In this document: piece after piece, positions 9,758 to 20,067 of the stretch
How the letters are laid out: the number at the start of each line of letters is the position of its first letter
How positions within the stretch are numbered: the stretch's first letter is position 1
NCBI GenBank assembly: GCA_964019425.1
Contig: OZ025780.1
Span: forward strand, 1,116,001-1,180,000
Direction of reading: 5' to 3'
DNA length: 64,000 bases
DNA from: Flectonema sp. DT1601
Taxonomy: Eukaryota
The notes under the pieces: model-generated
Databases searched by the model: none
What the model was told of the DNA's origin: nothing
What the model saw: only the letters and a program-made list of their open reading frames with translations
Program-made: the position numbers and the translations under genes

Positions 9758-12700
9758 ATGCCGCTAGAAAAGATTCCGGATTGCAATTACAACAACGCAG
9801 CGGATTTCTACAGAGCTGCCGCACCACGTGAACAGTATTATATTAATTCCTTTAAAAGTCTATTAAATACGCGTGGCTATTATGCACCAAAATTGAGTAC
9901 GAACAGAAATCGCACAAGAAACAACCGCCAACCTCCACCTGTAAGGCAACAACATCTTGCTACAGAAAACTTCTACAACTTCAACGAAGTAGCAGATGAC
10001 GGTTACAATGTGAGAAGCACGTCCTCCAATACACTGCAACCAACAACAATAACACTAGAAACAGGTGTTTCTTTTCAAGTCGCAACGGATAAAAAATGGA
10101 TCCCGTCAAAGCTTAACTATCTGTTTAAGCTTACTGACAAAGAATTCGTTGAATACGACTTCTCGCGTTGGCAGGCACGCTCCACTACAAAAGTCTTGCA
10201 GTTTCTTAGAAGTAACTTTTTTCAAGAACATTACTGCCCGCGTAAAACAGCTGGAGCATTGTTTCATGCAAAGACTAAATCCTGCCAATCTCAGAAGGGA
10301 AAACAAGAAGAAGGATTCGGACACTTACTGGTTGAACTGAATCTTGGCCACAAAGCTTTAGATCGTATTGGTCTTGGCGCTGTTCTTAGATGTGATGAAG
10401 TTAAAGCAACCTGTTCGAACACGCATCTGTAACAAACTTGGAACAACAGTTGGTGATATCGTCTTAAATGCATCTTCAACAAGCATCAATTCAGACTCCC
10501 CGACTCAATCTACTTGCAATTGCAGTATTCAAGAACTGAATAGTCTAAAATACAACGACCATTCTTGCGGACTCGCTATTGATTTACCAGTCTCAGAAGA
10601 ACTAAGGGACTTCTTCGCACGAGGTCAGAAATTTAGAGTCCCAGTGCACCCATCAGCTGCATTAGAATCACTTGAAAATGATATTACTGAATATATAACT
10701 CACGCATACAAGAACGTTGGCGATAACTTTAAATCGATCTTTAAAAACACAATTCTTAAACAATTGCAGCTTAAATTAAGTAAAGACTTAAGCTTTCTTG
10801 ACTCACCATTATCAAATAAAGCATGGGCTGAACTTCAGAATCTTCAATCTCAGTTTGTATTTCTTAAAGTTGACAAAGGACAGCACGATATTGGTTACAT
10901 GTGTAAATTAAATTATTTGCGTTTACTTCGAGAGCAGCTACAAAGTGATTCTTATGAACGCATCACATCAGACGAACCAACTCTACTAGCCAACCTCAAG
11001 AACATGAACATTTCAATCAATGCCCGCCACTCTGATCGACTCCCACACCTATATGGAATGATTAAATTACACAAATCAGCTATCGGGATGAGATGGATTA
11101 CTGGTGTCTCATCCTTCACGGGTATAGCGGAACAACGACAATACGATAAGGATCATAATCTTGCACCTGCTACAGCAACAACATATGCGCACCAACATCT
11201 CTCTAGTATCCTTAAAAATGCGATGACTATATTAAAAGAGAAAGATATGCATTCACGGTTCAAACGATACTGGATTGTGGAATCAGATGATGAAGTCTCT
11301 AGTTCGATTAAACAGAATTTGATGGTTTTGAAAAAATTATCCCCTAAGACTTTTGATTTTACGCCTACCACACAACGCTATTAAAACTAAAGTAAGTGAA
11401 GCACTGCAAGAAGCCTTTAGTTTCAAAAATATCTTACGTCTTGAATCGAGTGACCCTACACGATTCCCTTCTCTTGCGCTTGCAGAATGTCAAAAATTAC
11501 TTGAATTCTTTATTGACCCCTCCTTTATTGCATTAAGAGGTTATATTTGGAGACAAACAATAGGCATCCCAATGGGTGGCAACGCCAGTAGCGATATAGC
11601 AAATCTCTACTGCTATAGAGTTGAATCCGCATATATCGATTCTTTAATTGAAGCAAAAAATCTAGACTTAGCTCGGCAACATGACCACTCGTGTAGATAC
11701 ATCGACGACTTCCTCACCTGGAGTTGCGACCCTCCACCAGCAAGTCTATACTCAATGGATTACACTGATACTTCGAATAATATTGATGATGTCTCTTATA
11801 TAGGAATTCGTATCCGAATAGAGATCACTAATAATAAACGATGGATTCGTTTAAGTGTTAACGACAAAGCCAGGGGTTGGCATATTACGCCAACAAGGTT
11901 TACCCATCAGCATTCCGCAGCTCAAGAATCAATGGGTTCAGGTACGACCATGATCTTACGAGCTTTAAAAATCTGCAACAACCAGGCAGATTTTTTACAG
12001 GAACTTGAAGCGGTAACTTATAGATTACTCAACCGGGGCTATAAATCTGACAATATCAGAGCAGCATGCCTCCGCTTCATTAGCTCTCACATTGATGATG
12101 GTAATACAGCAGCTGCAATGCGTCGACGTATCAACCTTACTTTTGAGAAGTTTAGTCACAAAGTCCCATTAAGCATCGAAAAGGATACAATTAACCATAC
12201 GGGCTCTACAAGCCATTCCTTGGATAAACGATTTCCACCATCCCTACATCAAACATCAGGAGAAGGTCTTCTCGGTGGAGAATGCGGATGGGCAGCGCTC
12301 AACTTCATTGCAGATCATTTATATATCGATAGAATTAACTTCAGTTTTCTGCAAAACTACCAACAGCGATTTTATGAAGAATCTCTTAAGTAGAACCGAA
12401 CAACTCAGAGCATAAACCATCACCAGATGGCTGGTTCTCGCTACAAGTACTTAACATGGCTTGCATGACTAAATTCAACAGGAGAATTGAGTACTTCGTT
12501 AACCCTGCAGATTTCGATTATCCTGAAGCAGCCGCAGCACTTATTCTGCATAAAGCGAAAACAAGGATGATTCACTTTATTGTTGCGCTAGTCTCATTTG
12601 AGTCCATGGTCATCCGAGACATTCTTAAAGGCACAAAAGATTTAAGACTCCCTTTCGACCATTTTGACAAGATGTACCAAATTACAGAATATAGTTTCCA

Positions 12701-12866
12701 TATGATACCATTAAAAGCTCAGACTGATATGGATGTTACAATGACACCTGCGAATATAGGACCTTTGATGGTATGCGAGGATAAAGTAAAACGGAAATTG
12801 GATGACGACTCATCCGTTAACTCGACTGTAATAGTGAAACGACCAGACGTCAAAAATTCAAATTGA
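9758..12866 (+). pseudogene. Frameshifted polyprotein ORF of PLE family B (pieces 9758-10432, 10065-10340, 10368-11384, 11353-12393, 12456-12866)
   Basis: Colinear with the family A protein. Contains small indels, e.g. CTTAAGTAGAA at about 12388 versus AAAGTAGAA in family A. Confidence 0.85.
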
Positions 12867-12916
12867 GCAAAAGCAAATAAACATTGCTAGCCCTATCCTG
12901 GCGAGCTCCGATGGAT
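12864..12916 (+). ncRNA. Conserved cis-acting junction/pseudoknot RNA at the stop codon (family B)
   Basis: GAGC/GCTC closing stem, AGCAA/TTGCT hairpin, GCC/GGC hairpin, and loop ATCC complementary to downstream GGAT. Confidence 0.6.
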
Positions 12917-12955
12917 TTTTATCTTTGAACGATAACAACTTCAACATAGAATGAA

Positions 12956-13023
12956 GTCCCTTAGAACTTACTGATGAAGGCCTAAAAAGGGACAAGTAGT
13001 ATAAGATTAAGGCCTGAAACTAC
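12956..13023 (+). ncRNA. Hammerhead ribozyme, non-circularly permuted (family B)
   Basis: CTGATGA at 12971-12977, AGGCCT at 12978-12983 and 13010-13015, GTAGTA at 12996-13001, TAAG at 13002-13005, GAAACTAC at 13016-13023. Extra helix GTCCCTT/AAGGGAC. Confidence 0.85.
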
Positions 13024-13135
13024 ATATTCTATTACCCTTTGATGTTAGGAAACTGCAGAAATGAATACTTTTCTTTTAATGATCTCTACTTTTCTTATTC
13101 TCACTTTTCTGTTCTAAAATTAATGATACTAACTA

Positions 13136-14809
13136 CCTAAGAGACAAGTAGTATAAGATTAAGGCCTGAAACTACGTATTCTACAGTGTATTATGGAACA
13201 GCAGGGCAATGTGTTTTTATAACTTTTCTTTTTTATATTTTATTTTAGTGCACTTTTTTATAATAAACTCATATTCTAACTTCAGTAACTACCATGTGGG
13301 GCTCGCTTAGGGTCTACTAGTGGAGGTTGCCAAGCTGCTTCTAGGAAGCAGCATATGACGGGGTATTTCGGTTCTTCGTAACCACTTTCCCTGCAAGGTG
13401 CATTCTACCTAAAGACTCCACCAAGCTAACATATGGCGAGGAGGAGCATGACTGACCATTTCAGTCATTTTCTGCATTAACATAATATTATGTTAATGCG
13501 AATTATTTTGATATTTATTTTTCTTTTATATCCCCATTTTTATTTTCCTAGAAACGCAATTTTGATTATTACTTTTATTTACATCTTTTGCCGCGGTAAG
13601 GTAATGTGAAACGGGCCCTGCTCATCTCTCTATTTTACTCCTTTAAAACTATTTTCCTTTTCTTTCTAAATTAATCTCTCCTCTCTACAGCGCTTTTTAA
13701 AGTCCTGCCTTTAAGGGACTTCCTTCTCAGGAAAATCACGCCACGCGCAGGAAAATCACACCGGCAAGACTCTACGTGTTTTAGTGGAACAGCGAAGCGG
13801 TAAACAGCTACCGTTTAATGCAATTAATACAGCAATTCGCAGCATGGGTGCGGGGAACCTTCGCATCATCGAGGGAACAGCAAATCAGCGCGCACAACAG
13901 CAAGGTTACAACCAGAACCCATGGAAAAAGAGCCAGATGAAAAAAGTAGATCATCTGTTTGCCAAACCATCACAGCACCGGCACAGAAGAAGTTACGGGC
14001 AACAACAAGGCGGCCTTAGACACTCGCCGCTGCCCAACTTCCACCATCGAAGCGAAAACGTGCAACACCGAAACAAGCGAAACTTCGATGGTATTGACTG
14101 GAAGTTATATGAGAAGAGCTGCAATAGGCTGGAAAGGATGCCATTTATAAGAACTCTCATCGTAAAATCTGCGGGAAACAACCAGGACTTCGAACTTGCG
14201 GTGTAATCTATGCACTGTTTAGACGCTCCGACGGCAAAGTAATATACGTCGGCCAGACGGCTATTCAGCACTGGGGCGGGCGCAGTCCCACTGGTACCAG
14301 GCAAAGAAAGTGGTCACGTGACAGAAGGCAGAACGAAAATCGTCTGATGCAATACCTGTCACAGGAAAGGCCTCCACTAACAATCCCACTCGAGAAAATC
14401 CCAAGCAATCATTACCACAATGCTTCGGGCTTCTACAGGGCTGCTGCCCCTCGAGGGCTTTGGAAAACTTCTAAATGTGAGAGGTTATTACTCACCAAAA
14501 CTAAGCTCTCAACGATCGAGAAAACACCAAAACCGCCCGCCACGCCCTGTACGCCAACAACAGATGCCATCTTTCAAGTCACAGAATGTATACGAGCAGA
14601 ACAGGTTTTATTTCAGTGAAGTTAACTGATGATGGCGAGGACTCTGAATTATTCCAACAATCGAAACCAACCGCAACAATTACATTAGAAAATGGTGTGT
14701 CCTTTGAAGTTGAGACTACCTACAAATGGTTGCCATCGAAGCTCAACTTTTTATTTGCTATGCCTGAAGACGAGTTTTCGAACTACGACTTTACTCGTTG
14801 GCAAACAAA
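13136..14809 (+). mobile_element. PLE family A copy 3: partial pseudo-LTR (13136-13281), structured leader, then GIY-YIG region; 3'-truncated
   Basis: 13136-13281 repeats the family A 3' tail (about 9603-9750) but lacks CTGATGA. About 13855-14809 is nearly identical to 5545-6528 with indels. Confidence 0.9.
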
Positions 14810-14858
14810 TTTGCGGGTTTGCGGGTTTGCGAGTTTGCGGATTTGCGGGTTTGCGGAC
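14810..14858. repeat. (TTTGCGGG)n 8-bp tandem array, about 6 units
   Basis: TTTGCGGG TTTGCGGG TTTGCGAG TTTGCGGA TTTGCGGG TTTGCGGA, directly at the break of PLE copy 3. Confidence 0.9.
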
Positions 14859-15835
14859 TTGACGTGAATACTCTCTCTTCTCAATAAGATGTTTGGTTTC
14901 GTATTTCTATGACTTCTGTTAACAATAAGACTGTGACACGAACCTGATCCAATCCGAATAGCAAAGGCAGTCAGTTGTGTTCCTGACCGACTAACAGAAA
15001 TATCAACACTCGACAGTAACGAGTATTCCAAACACAGCGATCGAATCACAAAATGAGCGACGTTGGAAATGTTTTCATCAATTGGCTGAGTTAAGATACG
15101 TGCTGGTATAGTACAGGGTGAAGTACGACACCTTCTTTTATAACAAAACGGGATATGCTTTGCGTCTCACATCCATGGTACTGGAAGCTCCAACAATTCC
15201 TCATCTCTGTTAAAGATTCTTTCAAAACAGAGCAAGTGATTTGGAATTATTTTACTCAAAAAAAAACCTTAAGGGAATCTATGCAACTAAAGCTGACTTT
15301 ATTTGATATTCTTCCATGTAATACAAGAAGTGACTCGGTAGAGTCTTCAGAAGAACTCGATAACGCCATCAGTGAATCTAATTGCGCACTTAAATCTTTT
15401 AACTTATCGACAATAACGGGAATAACATTAAGAAGGACACCGTTTGTTAAGGACTCGATGGTTGACGTAATATCAGATTCCTGTCTGTTTATTATCAAAA
15501 CGAACTATCAATTCGTGTTCTGAAACTGAATCAACACAGACAGAGTAACTCGCACAGCTGTCTGTCAGTAGAGAACACATTGGAACAGCCAGATAGCTCT
15601 CGTCATTGTACAAGTTTCTTTTTAAAATTACATTTCTAATGTGATCTTTTTCACCGAGAGCACCTCGATAACTTCAATACCACCCACGTTGAGTGACACT
15701 ATACGATTCCAAAAGTGATACTTTTCTTCGACACTGACATAGAAAGCACCAGATCACTTTTATAATTTCCATTCCATTCACAACAACTGCTTTTAACACA
15801 AGCGGGGATCACCATTTGCATGCTACGTATGATAT

Positions 15836-15862
15836 GTTTGCGGGTTTGCGGGTTTGCGGATT
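15836..15862. repeat. (TTTGCGGG)n array, 3 units
   Basis: GTTTGCGGGTTTGCGGGTTTGCGGA, in the same orientation as the 14810 array. Confidence 0.85.
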
Positions 15863-15933
15863 TTAATACTTGGGTATCCCTAAAAACATAGTCGGTTAAT
15901 TGTTCGTATGAATTCGTACAATTCCCCTGAACA

Positions 15934-16077
15934 CTTTATGGCTAACTTCCACGTTCAGCCAGTAAGTGTCTGAATCCTTCTTCTTGTTCTCACTTTTTGA
16001 GATTGGCTGCATTCAATCTTTGCATCAAACAATGCTCCAGTTGTTTTACGCGCCTGGCGTAATGTTTTTCAAGAAGT
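15934..16077 (-). mobile_element. Inverted fragment of a further PLE subfamily related to family B
   Basis: The reverse complement aligns to about 10215-10356 (RVKQLEHC.MQRLN.ANL...ENKKKDSDTYWL) with many substitutions. Confidence 0.8.
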
Positions 16078-16903
16078 CGGGTTCATTAATAACTCCCAGT
16101 GTCAATGGGAAAAGTCGATACTTTCTTTTTCCTATCAATTTGTATAATGGTTCAGTAGATTTCCCCTGAACTGAGCGATTGCTCTAATGTTGTTTTTCTC
16201 GACCCACGCAGTTATAGAAGTTTGACCAACATAACGGATGTGTCTTTTCTTACACAATTAACCATAAATTACTTTTGTATATTCTTGTGGTTGTGCTTCC
16301 GTGGCTTTCACCTCGTTAATGACAGCCATGTGATTGATTGTTGATAATAATAATAATAAAACTGAATACATATGAACTACATCACTATCTGTTCATCATC
16401 GTATGGTGTGAAGTCCCTGGGGAGTTCCTTGTATTAGTAATTACTTTGAGAGTAATAAGATACTTAATCAGGCTCAATGTAACAACACTACGGGAAACTA
16501 AAGTCATAGCAGGGAAAGGCAGAAACGTCAATCAAAAAAGGTTTTACAAAAGAGAAGATTTCTGCGCTTCGTTTTCCATCACTGCTTGCACCTGAGAAGG
16601 AAATATGACAAGAGAATAAAACATTACCTAAACAAGCTGAGATCAACACAAAGAAGTATCTACACTGTAGATGGGTGCAGATTACTTCCGCGTGCACAGG
16701 GATTGGGCCGGGTTTCGATTCGACCAGACACTGGCGGGGAGGCGGGTGGGAAATACCAAATAGGGTTGGGAATCTGATGAGAATATGACCCAGTAAAGGG
16801 AATAAGAATATTGCAATGTAATTAAACATTCAATTTTAATTAACAAACACTTATTAAGAGTGTGTGAGCGAACACACACTAAAAACAACATTTATGATTT
16901 CTA

Positions 16904-18076
16904 TTATTTCAAGTTCCTTATGCTCGTATGCAGTTTGTTTCTGTCAATGGATGAACAACCTTCTAGGAAATTACTTCCAACGGATTCCACATTCACGAGG
17001 GTTAAATCCAAGGAAGTAAGTGATGAACATTTTTTTAGAAAAGAGTTCCCCACAGTTGAAAGATTGCTGAGACTTGATAAATCCAGAGATGTGAGGGATG
17101 AACAATTATTTAGAAAATAGTCTCCAACAGTTGAAAGATTGCTGAGACTTGATAAGTCCAGAGATGTGAGGGATGAACAATCACATAGAAAAGAGTCTCC
17201 AACAGTTGAAAGATTGCTGAGACTTGATAAGTCCAGAGATGTGAGGGATAAACGACCTAGAAAAGAGTACCCCACAGTTGAAAGATTGCTGAGACTTGAT
17301 AAGTCCAGAGATGTGAGGGATGAACAATCACATAGAAAAGAGTGCCCCACAGTTGAAAGATTGCTGAGACTTGATAAGTCCAGAGATGTGAGGGATGAAC
17401 AATAACTTAGAAAAGAGTTTCCAACAGCTGAAATATTGCTGAGACTTGATAAGTCTAGAGATGTGAGGGAAGAACAAGAAAATAGAAAAAGGTTTCCAAC
17501 AACTGAAACATTGCTGAGACTTGATAAGTCTACGGATGACAGTGAATTGCAATTTTTGAGGAAATCATTACCAACAGATGTGACGTATTGAAGACCAGAC
17601 AGACTGACCCTTATAACCTTATGAAATGAAGATAAGAAATCATCCGAAACGGTCGTGACTGAGGGTTCAGAGTTGCTGAATGAGATGTTCGTAACATCAT
17701 CCGAGAACCACTCACTGTTACTAAACTGAAGACAGCCATCCACAGCGAATGTGGGAGTATCAAGGCACAAAAACCCGTCTTGATCTCGTTCTCCTCGTAG
17801 GAATGCCTTCGCTCTCTTTGCAGAATCTGTGAACCATTCCAATCCAAACAAGCGCACCACCGATGCATCCAACAGAGAGCCGTCCTCCACTCCGTACGAC
17901 ACCAGTCGACTACCTGCTCGAAGCCGCGATCCTGCGAGAGAGAGTTCAAGAAAGTCAGCATCAGTACCCCACTCATCAGCTGCAACCTGCAATGCATCCT
18001 TCACGAGCGACTCTCCAGAAGCTGTGAAAACAACGTCAGGAAATCCAGCGTCTGGGAACGTAACCGAAAGTTGCAT
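16904..18076 (-). CDS. Ubiquitin-like N-terminal domain plus 25-aa leucine-rich repeats (BspA-like LRR)
   Basis: Likely start MQLSVTF at 18076, Ubl-like segment LELSLAGSRLRAGSRLVSYGVEDGS, and repeats SSLTSLDLSSLSNLSTVGxSFL. Confidence 0.85.
   Translation of the reverse strand: MQLSVTFPDAGFPDVVFTASGESLVKDALQVAADEWGTDADFLELSLAGSRLRAGSRLVSYGVEDGSLLDASVVRLFGLEWFTDSAKRAKAFLRGERDQDGFLCLDTPTFAVDGCLQFSNSEWFSDDVTNISFSNSEPSVTTVSDDFLSSFHKVIRVSLSGLQYVTSVGNDFLKNCNSLSSVDLSSLSNVSVVGNLFLFSCSSLTSLDLSSLSNISAVGNSFLSYCSSLTSLDLSSLSNLSTVGHSFLCDCSSLTSLDLSSLSNLSTVGYSFLGRLSLTSLDLSSLSNLSTVGDSFLCDCSSLTSLDLSSLSNLSTVGDYFLNNCSSLTSLDLSSLSNLSTVGNSFLKKCSSLTSLDLTLVNVESVGSNFLEGCSSIDRNKLHTSIRNLK
17000..17580 (-). repeat. 75-bp coding tandem repeat (LRR units; one unit is 72 bp)
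   Basis: GCTGAGACTTGATAA recurs at 17066, 17141, 17216, 17288, 17363, 17438 and 17513. Confidence 0.9.
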
Positions 18077-19356
18077 TTTAACTCGCCTGAGTAACCTACG
18101 AAATGTGATGATGAATGGCTTGGAGTATGATGAGATTAATAAATGTTTAAAACATATTTCTTCAAACAAACTTCTTTTTTTAGTCCAACCTACATCCATG
18201 ATGTTTAACAAACAACCTGTTATATAACAAAAATACGAGTTTCTCATCTCTTAATAAGTAGAATTGTCGCACATATCGATAAACCTGTTGCGAATGATTT
18301 ATAAAATATTTCCAAACGTAACAACAGATAACCCAAGCCACTATCCAATCACCCACTATAACCTAGCCGTCGTTTTCATGCTAGCATATTAATACAACAA
18401 GAATTACAAATTTTATTCAGAAAAACAACAATAACTTTGCGCGAGCGAATGCGAGCCTGGATTGGTATCTCTAGGGGTTTGGAAGTTGGTAAGAAGAAAG
18501 AAGTTTTTAGAGAACTTGATAGCAGCGGTGGGGATAGAGGCACGCACAGGGCAGCGTCAGGATGCCTCAGGAGGTGTTTTCATAATGCTCTGTGAGGAGC
18601 TTCGTGCTGCAGGAAGAAAGGTAAAGGCAACTGAATACCTCCCCGAGGGAAAGGGAAGTGTGGAAAGCTTCTGTGAAAGGCCCGCGGCGCGAGAGCAGGG
18701 CCACGTACCCCGGCCCCCGCCGCCCGGGTACGGCGAGCGTTAGCTGGGGCTGATGCTGATCTCTGGTACGACTGCCATCCTTCCACATAAATTATGTGTT
18801 CCCTGTTGAATGTTGAAAGTGTTTATCACAAATGCCAAACTAACAATAGTGTTACAAAACCAGACAATTAAAGTCGACTGGTTCCCAAACTAAGAAAGCA
18901 AATGGAGAGAGAGAACGCCACAAAGCAGCCGCTAAAGAGTAGTACAACCCGAGATAAATATCTCAAAGCATTCCGAATGCCAGCAAGGGTTGATAGTGAC
19001 GATGATAAAACCTCATATATGAAAAACTCCGGGGATCGGAATTGTCCAAAATATCATCTTAAAACAAGGGCACTTTTTGCAACATACAATAAAAAACAAG
19101 AAATAAATACATGGATTCCAACTTCCTTTATATCACAAATAAAGTAAACACCGCCTTTGAGGTGTTACACCGAAAGGTGACTTCCGATGCTCTTACCAGC
19201 AGACAAGTGAAGTTGATAATCCCACATTGAAAAATAAAAATAGTTAAATGTCGACATTCTTTTTTTAGCCGCGTGAAATCATCTTTTGAACAAGTTTTAT
19301 ATGCTTTGTGTGAATACAAAAAAAAACTTGCATTATTATAATTTTACCTTTCCAAT

Positions 19357-20067
19357 CTAGACCTCGTCAGGTGAGGTGCCCTTGGTCTTTTTGTTGTGCT
19401 TTTCATCCATCGCATCCTCATCGGAATCTGTCTTGCAGCAGAAGCAGTAAACCAAAACAACGACGATAACAACAAAGGCAACACATCCGATCACTATGCC
19501 CGCTATTGCCCCTCCAGACAACTCGTCGTCGTCGTTGCCGTTATCTTCGACGGCGGAAACAGTGACTGCAACTGAGCTTTCATCAAGGGACAATTGGATA
19601 CCTGACCGAACAAAGTTGGTAAATAAAGAAGTTATCGAATTCTTGAAGTCCGTGACAACGTCAGCCGGTGATTTAGAGGTATCACCGCTCAGCTTGATAG
19701 TGTAAGTGTCAGCAGCAAGGGTTTTCGCTTTTCTAGTTGCTGTCCTTGCCGCCTCACAAGTCATGCACGTGCCAGACGACGGGCAGATCTGATTACAGGT
19801 GACATTGTTTGAACCGATTGCAGCTGCCGTTGTGCCGATAATCAAATTCAACTGCCCTACAATGGTCGCTAATTCTCCTGTTGTATCAAATGAAACAAGA
19901 CTCCTTCTGACTGGACCAGACACACCTGATCCTGATGAGGATGAGGAATCGCTGCCTGTGTTCAAAGCATGAACCACATTGAGTCTCTTGCTCCCAACAA
20001 CTTCTGCGAAGACACCAGCAGGTGCGCAAACCGCCAACGTCAACATCATGACTGCAGCAATCTTCAT
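19357..20067 (-). CDS. Type I membrane/surface protein of unknown function
   Basis: Signal peptide MKIAAVMMLTLAVCA, Cys cluster, LSGGAIAGIVIG transmembrane helix, then CFCC (likely palmitoylation). Confidence 0.8.
   Translation of the reverse strand: MKIAAVMMLTLAVCAPAGVFAEVVGSKRLNVVHALNTGSDSSSSSGSGVSGPVRRSLVSFDTTGELATIVGQLNLIIGTTAAAIGSNNVTCNQICPSSGTCMTCEAARTATRKAKTLAADTYTIKLSGDTSKSPADVVTDFKNSITSLFTNFVRSGIQLSLDESSVAVTVSAVEDNGNDDDELSGGAIAGIVIGCVAFVVIVVVLVYCFCCKTDSDEDAMDEKHNKKTKGTSPDEV

Larger units (their letters stand above)
9751..13135 (+). mobile_element. Penelope-like retroelement, family B, 5'-truncated within the GIY-YIG domain
   Basis: Starts at MPLEKIP, which aligns with IPLEKIP of family A. 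Has KVDKG, KLHK, GIPMGGNASSDIANLY, RYIDD (11698-11709) and the ECGWAALN...IHF...RD protease-like domain. Own 3' UTR ending GATACTAACTA. Confidence 0.92.

Noticed and set aside
6650..12400. Programmed ribosomal frameshifting in the PLE ORFs
   Set aside because: Break positions differ between families and copies and often fall in homopolymers, which fits decay or consensus error.
14810..14858. True telomere
   Set aside because: The array is short, internal and degenerate, and the unit is not TTAGGG.
17000..17580. CRISPR-like repeat array
   Set aside because: The units are in-frame 75-bp LRR coding repeats without unique spacers, in a eukaryotic gene.
18440..18790. GC-rich island with short ORFs and a GTACCC..GGGTAC hairpin, possibly a TE relic
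   Set aside because: No recognisable protein motif, terminal repeat or second copy in the window.
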